A stretch of DNA of 64,000 bases from IMG/VR virus record IMGVR_UViG_3300033121_001553, positions 64,001 to 128,000 of that record. The stretch is one strand, 5' to 3'. A program made the position numbers and the translations under genes. Below the pieces are notes generated by a model that did not search any database, had not been told where the DNA came from, and saw only the letters and a list, made by a program, of their open reading frames with translations. This document shows, one piece after another, positions 1 through 9,550 of the stretch; positions within the stretch are counted from its first letter, which is position 1; every line of letters begins with the position of its first letter. The DNA is from a virus. Lineage: Duplodnaviria > Caudoviricetes.

Positions 1-2274
1 CGGAAACGCACCACGCTGTTCTGCAAGCAGAGTTGTCATGTTCGCGCAACCGAGCGCAGCCGTCTTGTAAAGACTCTCAACAAAGTCAACTGACTCCTTT
101 CCGTAGCTGTATCCCATCATCGCGATAGCATCACCTACACCAGTGAGGCCGCAACCGCAACGTCGTCCATTGATATTTGCTTCAAGAATCTTGTACCATA
201 GTTCAATCTCTCTTTCAAGATCGGCTACTTTGATACTTCTGTCGCTCTCATTCTCAATCTTTGAGATAATTTTACGTATTGCTTCAATTTCAAGATCGAT
301 GATATCGTCCAAAAAGCGCAACATCATACCGCATTCTTCGTAAAAACTATCGTAGTCAAACGTAGCATTTGGAAGAAAGGGATTAAGGACAAATTTTGAA
401 GCATTTACGACGCATAGTCTGCACGCGTCGTACGATGAAAGTGGGATTTCACCGCAATTCTTTACGCAGATACCAGAACATGTTACGTATTTTTCATCTT
501 GTGTCGATGTTATAACATGATAGTTGTGATTATCATCAACAGTAATGTTATATACATCTGCGTATCCACAGTGTTTAACAGATACAACTTTGTGATTATC
601 TGATACTTGATTTGCGAAATTTTCCCATGTTCCAAATCTAAAATCATTTGAAAGATGCTGTGGAAGTTCTTTTTCTTTTGCGTACTCGATCCAATCTTTT
701 TTGGTAATCTTACCGTTTTTCTTAAAAAGCTTTTTGCCATGCTCAAGCAGTTGTTCATTTGTAAATCCACTGTATCTACCATTTTTATCACCAAGATGTA
801 CAGCAAATTTTGTTTTCCATTCTTGGCTCATTTTGTGATAAGGATTTTTGCTACCTAGCATATTTTCTGTATGCAATTTTCTATGCTCTTCATGTGTCAT
901 TACACAAAGATTATCGTAAGCATCATTTGTAGAGCAACAATCGCTGTGATGAATTGCATAAGCAGCTGAGTCTACGACTTCACCGCTATAAAATTCGTGG
1001 ATAAGTCTATATTGACGTCTATTTCTACGATGTCCATTCGTCATTTTTTGACCAGACATCGCAATTTGTCTATACCCATTATTCATAAACGAATAAAAAG
1101 GAAAAATAGAATCGCCTTCTTTTAGATCTTTCAATTCTACATAACGCAAATCACGTAGCAAAATTTTATGATCAGGCGTTGCAGTAAATTTTGTTCCATC
1201 ATCAAGTTCAAGACACCAAATTTCTGCATTACGTTTTGTTAGACGTGGATTTCTACCAAATTTTATTTCAACTTTACCAGTTGCTGTATTAGTTGAATAA
1301 ACAGGCACATCGCGTCCTTCGTCAGCAAGCTGTTTTATTGTTACAGCATTACGTCCATCTGCTACAGCAATAAGTGTATCACCGGTTATGCACGGATTTG
1401 TGCTAATTGTGCGATAACCATGATCAGCGTATAGATCAGCCGGACTATTCTTTATGATAGTATCCCAGAATAGAACACCAGGTTCTGCGCTTTGATGCGC
1501 CGCATCTATGATCGCATCCCACACTTCTCTTGCACGAACAAAATTCTTGATCTTTGGGTTAGCGCTGTCAACTGGCCAACGCTGCTCGTACAGCTCGTCA
1601 GCAACAACAGCTTTCATAAACTCATCTGTGCAGCGTATCGAAACATTAGCGCCTGTGACCTTCTCACGATTACGCTTAATGTTGATGAACGTCATTATCT
1701 CTGGATGATGACACGAAATCGTTATCATCAATGCGCCGCGTCGACCGTCTTGACCGACTTCTCTGCACGTATTTGAATAACGTTCCATGAATACGCCAAT
1801 GCCAGCTGTCGTACGAGCTGCATTCGACGTAAACATTCCTTGCGGTCTGATATTCGAGATATCAACACCAACGCCACCACGACGTTTCATGATCTGAGCA
1901 AGATGTTCATCTGCTCTCATGATACCGCCGTAAGTGTCAGACGGAGAGTCAACAACAAAACAGTTCGAAAGCGACTGAATTTGATATTTGTTACCAATAG
2001 CAGACAGCGGACTTCCCTGCGGAACAATGATCCACTTTGAAATACGATCGTAGATATTTTCGTAGCTAACAGGCTCAGGATATTTCTTTTCAATACGAGC
2101 GATCTCTCTCGCAACGCGTGCAAACATATCTGCTGGAGTTTTTTCAACGAACTCGCCATTTTCATTCTTAAGAGCATACTTTTTGACGAAATTGTCAGTT
2201 GCAAATTCATCACCATTAAAATACTCAAGCGAAGCTGCGTATACTTCTTCTTTTGTGTATGTTTGCTTACTCAT
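1..2274 (-). CDS. nrdJ: Class II (adenosylcobalamin-dependent) ribonucleotide reductase, intein-containing, 3' end outside window
   Basis: Missing from the ORF track because it runs off the edge. Manual translation from ATG 2274 gives MSKQTYTKEEVY...PQGSPL...SLSNCFV...KRRGGVG...QDGRRGALM...KVTGANVS...SAEPGVLFWD...STNP[intein]CGEIPLSSYDACRL...GRRCGCGLTG...EQRGAFP, open to base 1. Confidence 0.93.
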   Translation of the reverse strand, partial: MSKQTYTKEEVYAASLEYFNGDEFATDNFVKKYALKNENGEFVEKTPADMFARVAREIARIEKKYPEPVSYENIYDRISKWIIVPQGSPLSAIGNKYQIQSLSNCFVVDSPSDTYGGIMRADEHLAQIMKRRGGVGVDISNIRPQGMFTSNAARTTAGIGVFMERYSNTCREVGQDGRRGALMITISCHHPEIMTFINIKRNREKVTGANVSIRCTDEFMKAVVADELYEQRWPVDSANPKIKNFVRAREVWDAIIDAAHQSAEPGVLFWDTIIKNSPADLYADHGYRTISTNPCITGDTLIAVADGRNAVTIKQLADEGRDVPVYSTNTATGKVEIKFGRNPRLTKRNAEIWCLELDDGTKFTATPDHKILLRDLRYVELKDLKEGDSIFPFYSFMNNGYRQIAMSGQKMTNGHRRNRRQYRLIHEFYSGEVVDSAAYAIHHSDCCSTNDAYDNLCVMTHEEHRKLHTENMLGSKNPYHKMSQEWKTKFAVHLGDKNGRYSGFTNEQLLEHGKKLFKKNGKITKKDWIEYAKEKELPQHLSNDFRFGTWENFANQVSDNHKVVSVKHCGYADVYNITVDDNHNYHVITSTQDEKYVTCSGICVKNCGEIPLSSYDACRLCVVNASKFVLNPFLPNATFDYDSFYEECGMMLRFLDDIIDLEIEAIRKIISKIENESDRSIKVADLEREIELWYKILEANINGRRCGCGLTGVGDAIAMMGYSYGKESVDFVESLYKTAALGCANMTTLLAEQRGAFP
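457..1392 (-). mobile_element. Intein (312 aa) with HNH-type homing endonuclease, inserted at the RNR catalytic NP|CGE site
   Basis: Starts CITGDTLI (block A), has block B FTATPDHKILL and block F VYNITVDDNHNY, and ends GICVKN before extein Cys. The central YRLIHEF...IHHSDCCSTNDAYDNLCVMTHEEHRKLH is HNH-like. Confidence 0.93.
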
Positions 2275-3124
2275 TTTCTGTCTGTCCCTCTATCATAAGC
2301 CGGTAGTTGTAGTTTTTAAACCTTGTCTTCATTACCTCGATCGCCTGAGGATTTTGATCTATTAGCACAGAGTCTCTTGAATGAAGCTCAGCTGACTCTC
2401 CTAGCGTTCCGCTACCTGCAAAAAAGTCAAGCAGCTTATCGCCGGGTTTCGAATGCACTTTTACGATTCTGTTTATGACTCCAAGCGGTTTTTGCGTCGG
2501 ATACCCAGTTTTCTCTTTGCTGTTTGGCGATACAATAGTATGCCACCATGTGTCTGTAAGCGTCTTGCCACGCTCTGCTTTCTCTGCTCCAACGAGCGAT
2601 GGTGCCATGTACGGTATACGCTCAACTTCATCGTAGTTGAAGCAGTAGTCATTTGGATCTTTCGCATACCAAAGTATATTGTTATGCTTTACAGACCATC
2701 TGCTTGTTGATCTAGCGCCGTAGTCGTAAGCCCATACAATTTCGTTTATAAATGACTCACGACCAAAAATTTCATCACAAAGCACTTTTACATAGTGAAC
2801 TTCTCTGTAGTCGAGATGCACAAAGATGCTACCGTTCGACTTTAGAATTCTTTTTGCTTCGACGAGTCTCTTTGATATGAAGTCGATGTATTCGTCGTAA
2901 CCAAATTTATCATCGTATTCATTTACGACATCTGACTTTACAGTCTTGTATTTTCTTCCGCCGTATCCAACGCGATCCCCGTCTTTATCTGATACTGTTT
3001 TTATCGTAGAACGTTTCTGTTTTACGCCAGTGTTGAACGGCGGATCTATGTAAATCAAGCTGAATTCTTCATCTTTGAAGGACTTCAGCAAAGACAGGTT
3101 ATCGCCCTGATAAACTGTTATCAT
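2267..3124 (-). CDS. DNA amino-methyltransferase (N6-A/N4-C, beta class)
   Basis: Catalytic motif IYIDPPF precedes YPTQKP and SAM-binding LDFFAGSGT. TAA stop. Confidence 0.92.
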   Translation of the reverse strand: MITVYQGDNLSLLKSFKDEEFSLIYIDPPFNTGVKQKRSTIKTVSDKDGDRVGYGGRKYKTVKSDVVNEYDDKFGYDEYIDFISKRLVEAKRILKSNGSIFVHLDYREVHYVKVLCDEIFGRESFINEIVWAYDYGARSTSRWSVKHNNILWYAKDPNDYCFNYDEVERIPYMAPSLVGAEKAERGKTLTDTWWHTIVSPNSKEKTGYPTQKPLGVINRIVKVHSKPGDKLLDFFAGSGTLGESAELHSRDSVLIDQNPQAIEVMKTRFKNYNYRLMIEGQTENE

Positions 3125-4605
3125 CTCTTTTCGCCTGCCAACGTTTCAAGCTTTACACCTTCGTCTGACATTTCTTTCCACTTTGCACGAAGTTTTGACT
3201 TCATGTCTTCTTCGTCAGACTGTCTCACCATCTCAGGTGTCACGTTCTCACCAACTACTGCGAACTTTGAATGCGCTGTATCGATAGAAACATTCCACAA
3301 AAGCCCATCGCGGCCTGCACGATTTTTCGCTATAAACATCCTACCAGTGCCAAGTGACTTCTCAGCAGATTTTCTTGAAAGTGAAATAACAACATCTGTG
3401 ATGAAAGCTTTGCTATACGACTCTGACATGTTGGTCAGATCGATAACATCAGCGTTGCTGCCGTCTCTGTTGGACTGCGAAGCTGTAATAACTGGCACTC
3501 TTTGCTCAACAGCAAGACCGCGCAGCTCTTGATAGATAAGCGCAAGCTCATGTCGAAGCGCATCGTACTGTCTGGTGCTACGCATGATATCTGCGTAGTC
3601 AACGATGATAACATCGGGTACAAAACCCTTTAGCGCGAGTCTTTCGATGTGAGAACGTAGCGTAAATACGCTCGCAGTATTCGGTGGGTAGCTCGCTATC
3701 TTCAAAGATCCAAGTGAAGCAGCATTCTCTGCGTAGTACTGCTTAACAACGTCTTTATTTTCAATGATGTCATCGCAAGCGATTCCAGTAAGGTTCGCAT
3801 CGTAACGCAAACCGATCTGCTCAGCGCTAAGCTCAAATGTAAAATGAAGCACATTTTTCTTTTGCTTCAATGCATTTGCGCCAAAAAAAGTCATAAAGTG
3901 CGACTTGCCAGCGCCAGACGGTGCAATGATAACAATAATCTCGCCCCTTCCAAGGCCACCATTTAGCACGCCCTTTGCATCAAGTTCTGGCATGCCTGTG
4001 CAGATACATTCGCGCTTCATAGCAACGAATCTGCTGTCCATGTCTTCTATCAAGTCGTGACCAAGACTTGACGGCGAACCAACAACAACTGCGCGCTTTA
4101 CAACATCAACGATAGACTCGTACTTATCGACATCCATCAAGTCAACAGCTTTTTCAAGCGCAGACTTAAGTGCCTGTTTCTTGCAAAAGTCTCTTGACTT
4201 GTCTTTAACATAAGCAAGATCTGAAGGATCTGGATTCTGCTTGATACGCTGAACATAGTCGATGACATTATCTCTCATCGCAATGTCAACTGTTGTACGT
4301 AGCTCATCAGCAACGATTGTAATGAGCAGCGGAAGCGTTGGAAATGTCTTGTATTTCCTGTAATGAGAGAAGTACCTCTCGACAAGATAACGAAGATACT
4401 TTAGCTCGAAGTGCTCATGCGTCATCACCTCGATCATCTCGCTTGCCCACTGTCTATCGGCGAAAAGCGCTTGGACAGTTTTTTCTTGAAATGTTTTACC
4501 GTACTGTCCAAGCGTAGCTACTGTTGTAGTCACTTCGTCTTCTGTCGAAACTTCAGCAGGAGATGTATCTTCAATTTCGTATTCTGTCACGCTAACTGCT
4601 CCCAT
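3121..4605 (-). CDS. DnaB/gp41-like replicative helicase
   Basis: Walker A APSGAGKS, HFTFELS, IIVDYAD, TASQSNR, AKNRAG. Alternative GTG start at 4590. Confidence 0.92.
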   Translation of the reverse strand: MGAVSVTEYEIEDTSPAEVSTEDEVTTTVATLGQYGKTFQEKTVQALFADRQWASEMIEVMTHEHFELKYLRYLVERYFSHYRKYKTFPTLPLLITIVADELRTTVDIAMRDNVIDYVQRIKQNPDPSDLAYVKDKSRDFCKKQALKSALEKAVDLMDVDKYESIVDVVKRAVVVGSPSSLGHDLIEDMDSRFVAMKRECICTGMPELDAKGVLNGGLGRGEIIVIIAPSGAGKSHFMTFFGANALKQKKNVLHFTFELSAEQIGLRYDANLTGIACDDIIENKDVVKQYYAENAASLGSLKIASYPPNTASVFTLRSHIERLALKGFVPDVIIVDYADIMRSTRQYDALRHELALIYQELRGLAVEQRVPVITASQSNRDGSNADVIDLTNMSESYSKAFITDVVISLSRKSAEKSLGTGRMFIAKNRAGRDGLLWNVSIDTAHSKFAVVGENVTPEMVRQSDEEDMKSKLRAKWKEMSDEGVKLETLAGEKR

Positions 4606-5540
4606 TTTCCACCTTTAATTCCTGCAAGCGATTGAAAAAAACTATCCGCTTCAAACACACCAGCGCCCAACGATACAAGCAACTTGATAAATTCAAGCTT
4701 GTTAAATGTACCATCATATAGTTCTATAGAGTCGTCTATTTTTTTTATTTGCGAATGCGTTAGCATCGAGCCGTCGAGCTTCACAAGTCTCAAATTAAGC
4801 TCAACCTTGTTCCACTCGTCTATAACACGTTTGTAAAGCGCGCTATCATCGCTGTGCGACATGCTGTAAAGCTTTATTTCATTAAGCGAACATTCGTTAT
4901 CTGTTGTTACGATTGGAAACAACTTTGTGAATGTCTTGTAGCCAAGTCCACGCACACCTTGAACATTGTCTGATGTGTCTCCGCACATAGCTTTAAGCAC
5001 AGCAAAATTTTTCGAATGCACGCGAAAACGTTCGTAAACTTCAGCGTCTGTTACGAAGCTTTTCTTCTTTATATTGTAAACACGCGTTTTTTCGTCTATC
5101 AGCTGGTAGTAGTCCATATCTGACGAAGCAATGATCTTTTCTTCATCGCGAAAATTAAACGCTAGACGTGCAATTATGTCGTCTCCTTCGCAATCTTCAA
5201 CATAAACTTGCATAATTGGAACGCAACGAAGCATTCTTATGAGATGCGAAAGCTGCCAGTCACGATTTTCCTTCGTTTCTGGTATGTCATCTTCATAAAA
5301 ACGATTCAATTTTTGTGGTTTACGCGTCATCTTGTAGCCGCCATCTAGATTACGACGACGTCTTGAACCGCCGCTCTCCCACGCAACTGCTATTCTTGTT
5401 GGGTGCGTTTCATTTATGATCTTTGAAAGCATCTTCAAAAATCCAACTGTACCACCCATATGCTGCCCAGTAGTTGACACATTTGGAAATGCAGAAAATG
5501 CTGTGCAGAACAGATTCAGTCCATCGATAAGAAGAATCAT
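4593..5540 (-). CDS. RNase H / flap 5'-3' exonuclease (T4 Rnh-like)
   Basis: MILLIDGLN, EGDDIIA, SSDMDYYQL, GDTSDNVQGVRGLG (H3TH). Start moved to ATG 5540 because a promoter and an in-frame TTA lie just upstream. Ends TTA 4593-4595 (standard code: TGA 4587). Confidence 0.9.
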
Positions 5541-5547
5541 GCAATGT

Positions 5548-5576
5548 AATTTACGTGTAACCCTATGGCATGTCAA
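5548..5576 (-). promoter_or_regulatory. Sigma70-type promoter TTGACA-17-TAAATT, 7 nt before the RNase H ATG
   Basis: Minus strand TTGACA tgccatagggttacacg TAAATT acattgc ATG. Confidence 0.7.
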
Positions 5577-5595
5577 ACAGACAGACTGGTGACAG

Positions 5596-5649
5596 TTCGA
5601 GCTTGGCATGTAGCTCATGTATGTATGCACGAGTCATGCCAAGCTCGAA
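5596..5649. repeat. Perfect 15-bp inverted repeat (hairpin) downstream of dUTPase
   Basis: ttcgagcttggcatg (5596-5610) pairs with catgccaagctcgaa (5635-5649). Confidence 0.85.
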
Positions 5650-5657
5650 AGATTTTT

Positions 5658-6131
5658 TAACGTTCCTGAAGAACCGAGTCCGCCGATACCACGAATTCCG
5701 TTGGATCCGCCAGAGTAATCAGTAGATGTAATGTTCTCTCTGTACCATTCCAGTGATCGATGAACTATATCAATCTTTTCGTACACTTGCGGTATCATCT
5801 GCGCGATACGATCACCTTTTGCAACGCGTAGCTCTTTATTTGTAACGTTTCTAAGTGCTACGATTATTTCTCCTGTGTAGCCAGGATCGATAACTCCTCC
5901 AACAGCGATCAACCCGCGTGCCGCCATTGAAGAACGAGACTCAATCTTCATGTAAAAATTCCCATTGACAACAATCGTTCTTATGCCAGTGTTGATCTTT
6001 TCACATTCAAATGGTCTGATGACATAGTCATCAAGCGCGTACAAGTCATACCCAACATCGTTATGATACGCTTTCGTTGGAACGATGGCTGAATCGTTCG
6101 TGACAACAATGATGAATGACTTTTCATTCAT
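5658..6131 (-). CDS. dut: Trimeric dUTPase
   Basis: GYDLYA, SRSSMA, GVIDPGYTGEI, GDRIAQ and C-terminal RGIGGLGSSG. Probable start ATG 6131 overlapping the recA stop. Ends TTA 5658-5660 directly after motif V (standard code: TGA 5634). Confidence 0.93.
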
Positions 6132-7314
6132 TCTCTGGGTCCTTTTCATCATCAACTGATCCAGCGTTCTCGTTAGAGGGATCGACAAAGCTATTCGCGT
6201 AAGCGGCATCGATTGCTTCGTCAATGAACAACGAGTACTCTGGATCTTTAATGATAGTATCAAAATCAGCTTTATGAAACTTCTTTTCAACAAGATGCTC
6301 GCCAGTTTGATTACTTGTTACGAGCAACTGCTTCCATGCTTGCTCGCCTTCGATCCTGATCTCGTAGTCCTTTGACTTCACAGGTCCATGCTGACGTAGA
6401 ACATCAAAAATTTGCTCGTGCTCAACGATGCCCTTGCCAAAGTGTATCTCAAAGCTAACTTTTCGATAGGGAGCTGAGATCTTATTCTTTTTGATGAAGG
6501 CATTAACTTCAATGCCGTAAATCTCTCCTGTCTTTGGATGTTTGAGATGACCGCCGCCTGTCAAGCTGATTCTCACGGAAGCGTGGAACGGTATGGCCAT
6601 ACCTCCCGGTGTGACGTTTGGATCACCGTACATAACACCGATCTTTTGTCTTATCTGGTTACAACAAAACATCAATGCGTTTGTATCACCAATGATGCCA
6701 GTTATCTTGCGCATCCCCTTGGAGATCGTACGCGCCTGTAGGCCTATTGTGCTTGAGTCGTAGTCACCCTCAAGCTCAGCTTTTGGAGACGTAGCTGCGA
6801 CAGAGTCCCAAACAACGAGTATTGGTGCTTTCGATGTACTGGCGAGATCTTTTGCTTTCAGTACTGTCTTCTCAGCTATCGTAAAAACTTCTTCTGTACA
6901 ATGGGTATCGCAGTACACAAATCGCTTCGATACATCGATACCCATCATCTTTAGCTTTTCGATAGACGTTGCGTTCTCGGTATCGATATAAACAACAAGA
7001 CCGCCCATATTCTGTATGTTTTGGGCAGAAGCATACGCTATATGCGACTTACCAATGCTCGGCGGGCCAAAAATCTCAACGATTCTTCCCACAGGAAGCC
7101 CTCCGCCAGATCGACCTGCGATTGCGTAGTCAAGCTGACGAGAACCTGTTGACACCCACTGCTTCACTACAGTTGGAGCTTCATCTGACGATAGGTTGAA
7201 TGCAACACGCTGACCCATGTCTTTGTTGAGACTAGAGATCAGCTCGGCCGTGAAATCCTCAACGGGCTTCACGGCCGAATCTGTTGCATCCTCCCGCTTT
7301 TTACGAGGAGGCAT
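6124..7314 (-). CDS. recA: RecA/UvsX recombinase
   Basis: GGLPVGRIVEIFGPPSIGKS, YIDTE, VWDSVAA, NQIRQKIGVMYGDPNVTPGG, KNKISAPY. Confidence 0.95.
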   Translation of the reverse strand: MPPRKKREDATDSAVKPVEDFTAELISSLNKDMGQRVAFNLSSDEAPTVVKQWVSTGSRQLDYAIAGRSGGGLPVGRIVEIFGPPSIGKSHIAYASAQNIQNMGGLVVYIDTENATSIEKLKMMGIDVSKRFVYCDTHCTEEVFTIAEKTVLKAKDLASTSKAPILVVWDSVAATSPKAELEGDYDSSTIGLQARTISKGMRKITGIIGDTNALMFCCNQIRQKIGVMYGDPNVTPGGMAIPFHASVRISLTGGGHLKHPKTGEIYGIEVNAFIKKNKISAPYRKVSFEIHFGKGIVEHEQIFDVLRQHGPVKSKDYEIRIEGEQAWKQLLVTSNQTGEHLVEKKFHKADFDTIIKDPEYSLFIDEAIDAAYANSFVDPSNENAGSVDDEKDPENE

Positions 7315-7341
7315 GCATTTTCCTTTCTTCTAAATTAGCTT

Positions 7342-8142
7342 TAAGCTATTTCCACCAAGCTCTGCTAGAGCAGCATCAAGATCAGAAACTGTCTTCTGCT
7401 TCTCAGCCGGTGCACGTGCAGTCACAGCAAGATCAGCGACAACCTTATCAAGGCTATCAACTTGGGAACCTGCACGCTCGGTTGTCTCCTCTGACGGAGA
7501 CATCCAACGCTCAAGCAGTTCCTTGAGCTCTTCGTACGTTGGATACGTAACAATATCGGACGTTTGCGGCATATTTTCAAGCCACTTCTTTTCTTTTGCT
7601 TGATCTTTCGTAAGAACAGAAGGCTTACGTGCTGCATCGACAACAACATCAAGCGTCTGCTTACCTTGCCACACTCTGCCTGAAGGCTTCAGTGTGACAG
7701 TCAAGTCATACCCTTCCTTCTGATGAGTGAAGTCACCGATTTCTTCATTCGTGAAGAATGAAAGCAAGCGATCATAAACGTTCCTATTGAACGACCACAA
7801 CATCCAACCGGCGTCTTCATTCGCTCGATCAATGATCAAAGCGTATGTTGTCATCTTCGGATAGAGTTGCTTGCACAGTTCTCTATCTTCTGGTCTACCT
7901 GTCTTTTGAAGCTTCACGATAAAGTCATGAATTGGATCAGGCTTGCCAAGCTGGTGGAGCGTTGCCTTTCTACGCTCTTTACCAATATAGTAATAATGAA
8001 CCTCACGAAATGGAAGCCCATTTTCAAACCACGGAAGCACACGAACTTTGTATTCACCCTGCTCTGGTTTCCAGAGCGGAACACTAGAGCGATTATTCAA
8101 CGAGTTGATCTTCTTCTTAACTGCTTCGAGATCTAGCGGCAT
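7342..8142 (-). CDS. gp32-like single-stranded DNA-binding protein
   Basis: LWKP..GEYKVRVLP, GKPDPI, GDFTHQKEGYDLTV, acidic C-tail DLDAALAEL, next to recA. Ends TTA 7342-7344 (standard code: TAG 7330). Confidence 0.8.
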
Positions 8143-8305
8143 TTTTTCTTTTCTTTCTTTTACTTTTTAGTTGTTTCGGTTTTTCGTTTACAAGTTCTTC
8201 GGATGAGTAACCAAGCGGAGCAGTAAATCCAGCTACAGCTGCCGTTGTGGTAAATTCATCTATCACAGCTTCAACAAATAGCTTGATTAGTTGCTCTTGA
8301 TTCAT
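8117..8305 (-). CDS. Small hypothetical protein with N-terminal amphipathic helix ending IDE and a basic tail
   Basis: Fills the gap between polA-like and ssb. N-terminus resembles other small proteins in this window. Confidence 0.6.
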   Translation of the reverse strand: MNQEQLIKLFVEAVIDEFTTTAAVAGFTAPLGYSSEELVNEKPKQLKSKRKKRKNAARSRSS

Positions 8306-8341
8306 ATTACAATGTTTCCCAAGTGGTTACAACTTTTTTAA

Positions 8342-9517
8342 TTATTCGATAACGCTAACTTTCAACGGAAAATTGAACTTGTAGCCAGGAATTTTTACGC
8401 CATTTGTTGCCATTGCTGTCAACGGTTCAATGTCATCGTTAGAAGCATCAATAATGATCGCATCGTGTATGATCGCAATTGGGGCTGAATTTTTTGCTGA
8501 TGATAGCAGCTCGATGTAACCGTATAGAGCGGCATCTGCTGCTGTACTTTGAGCGTAGTAGCTAGCGCACAATGCTGCACTTGCGTTGTCTTCTGACTCA
8601 AATTTGCAAACACGACCGAACTTATTCTTTATCGTGCTATCATCTTTCATGTCAGAGTAATCGTCGATCTTGAATATCGACTTTGTTTTTGCAACTATAT
8701 TCGCTGCTGTATTTTTTTGCATTCCAGCAAGAATAGCGACTGTTTCTACAGATGCACCGTAAACAATCGGATTGAATATAGCTTTCGCTACATCGCGCGA
8801 AAGATCAACACCGAGCATTTTTACGAACTGCGTGTATATGTCAGACTGAGGTACGATATCTGCTTCTTGAGCAAGAACTCGCGGCTCTATCGAGCTGTAG
8901 TCTACGTACAATAGCTTATCACGCTTTGGCACCAGAATATGTCTGACTTCTTTTGGAAGCGTCATATATCTTGGGCCTGAAACAATCTTTGTCCTACCAG
9001 TAGATGTCTCTGTTCTATTGTACTTCGGCACTTCAAGAAGACAGCTTTTGTCTCTCGGCAAAAATGTCTTGAGCACGTTTGCGTTAGAGTCATTCAACGC
9101 TGCTCTCATACGCTGAATGTTTACTTTGCCCGGCTCTAGCATATCGAAGATGCTATTTGAGTCAGAATAAAATCCGTTGTAGTACTTTATTGCACCATCA
9201 TGAATAACGTCTACGCATTGCAAGAAAAAATGCTGAAGTACTTCTATGTACTTTGCTTTTGGCAAAGCCATGCTGGGTATGAATTTTGTATCGAAGAACG
9301 CGTACGGCTTTTTGTATTTTGCGTCAATTACGATCTCTGGAACAGAGAGACCTGAGACTTGCGCAAGACTTCGTACGCATCCAGAATTAAAATTCTTACT
9401 AGAGATAATCCAGTCGTACTTGAGATCTTCTTGATAAATCTTAATTCTAGCAGACTGATCATCGTAAAGTACACTCTTGTCTTCATTAATGAATTCTTCC
9501 TTTGCGAGGATCAACAA
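8342..9517 (-). CDS. Short family-A DNA polymerase-like protein (polymerase domain only)
   Basis: TSTGR, motif A YVDYSSIEPRVLA, motif B RDVAKAIFNPIVYG, motif C IIHDAIIID. TTG start. Confidence 0.8.
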   Translation of the reverse strand: MLILAKEEFINEDKSVLYDDQSARIKIYQEDLKYDWIISSKNFNSGCVRSLAQVSGLSVPEIVIDAKYKKPYAFFDTKFIPSMALPKAKYIEVLQHFFLQCVDVIHDGAIKYYNGFYSDSNSIFDMLEPGKVNIQRMRAALNDSNANVLKTFLPRDKSCLLEVPKYNRTETSTGRTKIVSGPRYMTLPKEVRHILVPKRDKLLYVDYSSIEPRVLAQEADIVPQSDIYTQFVKMLGVDLSRDVAKAIFNPIVYGASVETVAILAGMQKNTAANIVAKTKSIFKIDDYSDMKDDSTIKNKFGRVCKFESEDNASAALCASYYAQSTAADAALYGYIELLSSAKNSAPIAIIHDAIIIDASNDDIEPLTAMATNGVKIPGYKFNFPLKVSVIE

Positions 9518-9521
9518 GATA

Positions 9522-9549
9522 ATTGTATTTTAATTTAACCAGCGATCAA
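9522..9549 (-). promoter_or_regulatory. Possible sigma70-type promoter TTGATC-16-TACAAT upstream of the polA-like gene
   Basis: Minus strand TTGATC gctggttaaattaaaa TACAAT tatc TTG TTG. Confidence 0.45.
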
Positions 9550-9550
9550 G

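Noticed and set aside
143-2228. Short ORFs suggesting a fragmented or non-coding left end
   Set aside because: One uninterrupted minus-strand frame (2274 to 1) encodes NrdJ plus intein. The track missed it because its stop is outside the window.
4587-6293. dUTPase-RNase H readthrough fusion (same frame, one TGA), or a -1 frameshift at A AAA AAT plus hairpin
   Set aside because: The linker contains a sigma70 promoter and in-frame TTAs on both sides. The -1 frame hits TAG after about 29 codons.
8300-8335. Possible promoter TTGTAA-17-TAATAT
   Set aside because: The -10 box would overlap the start codon of the small ORF, so the support is too ambiguous.
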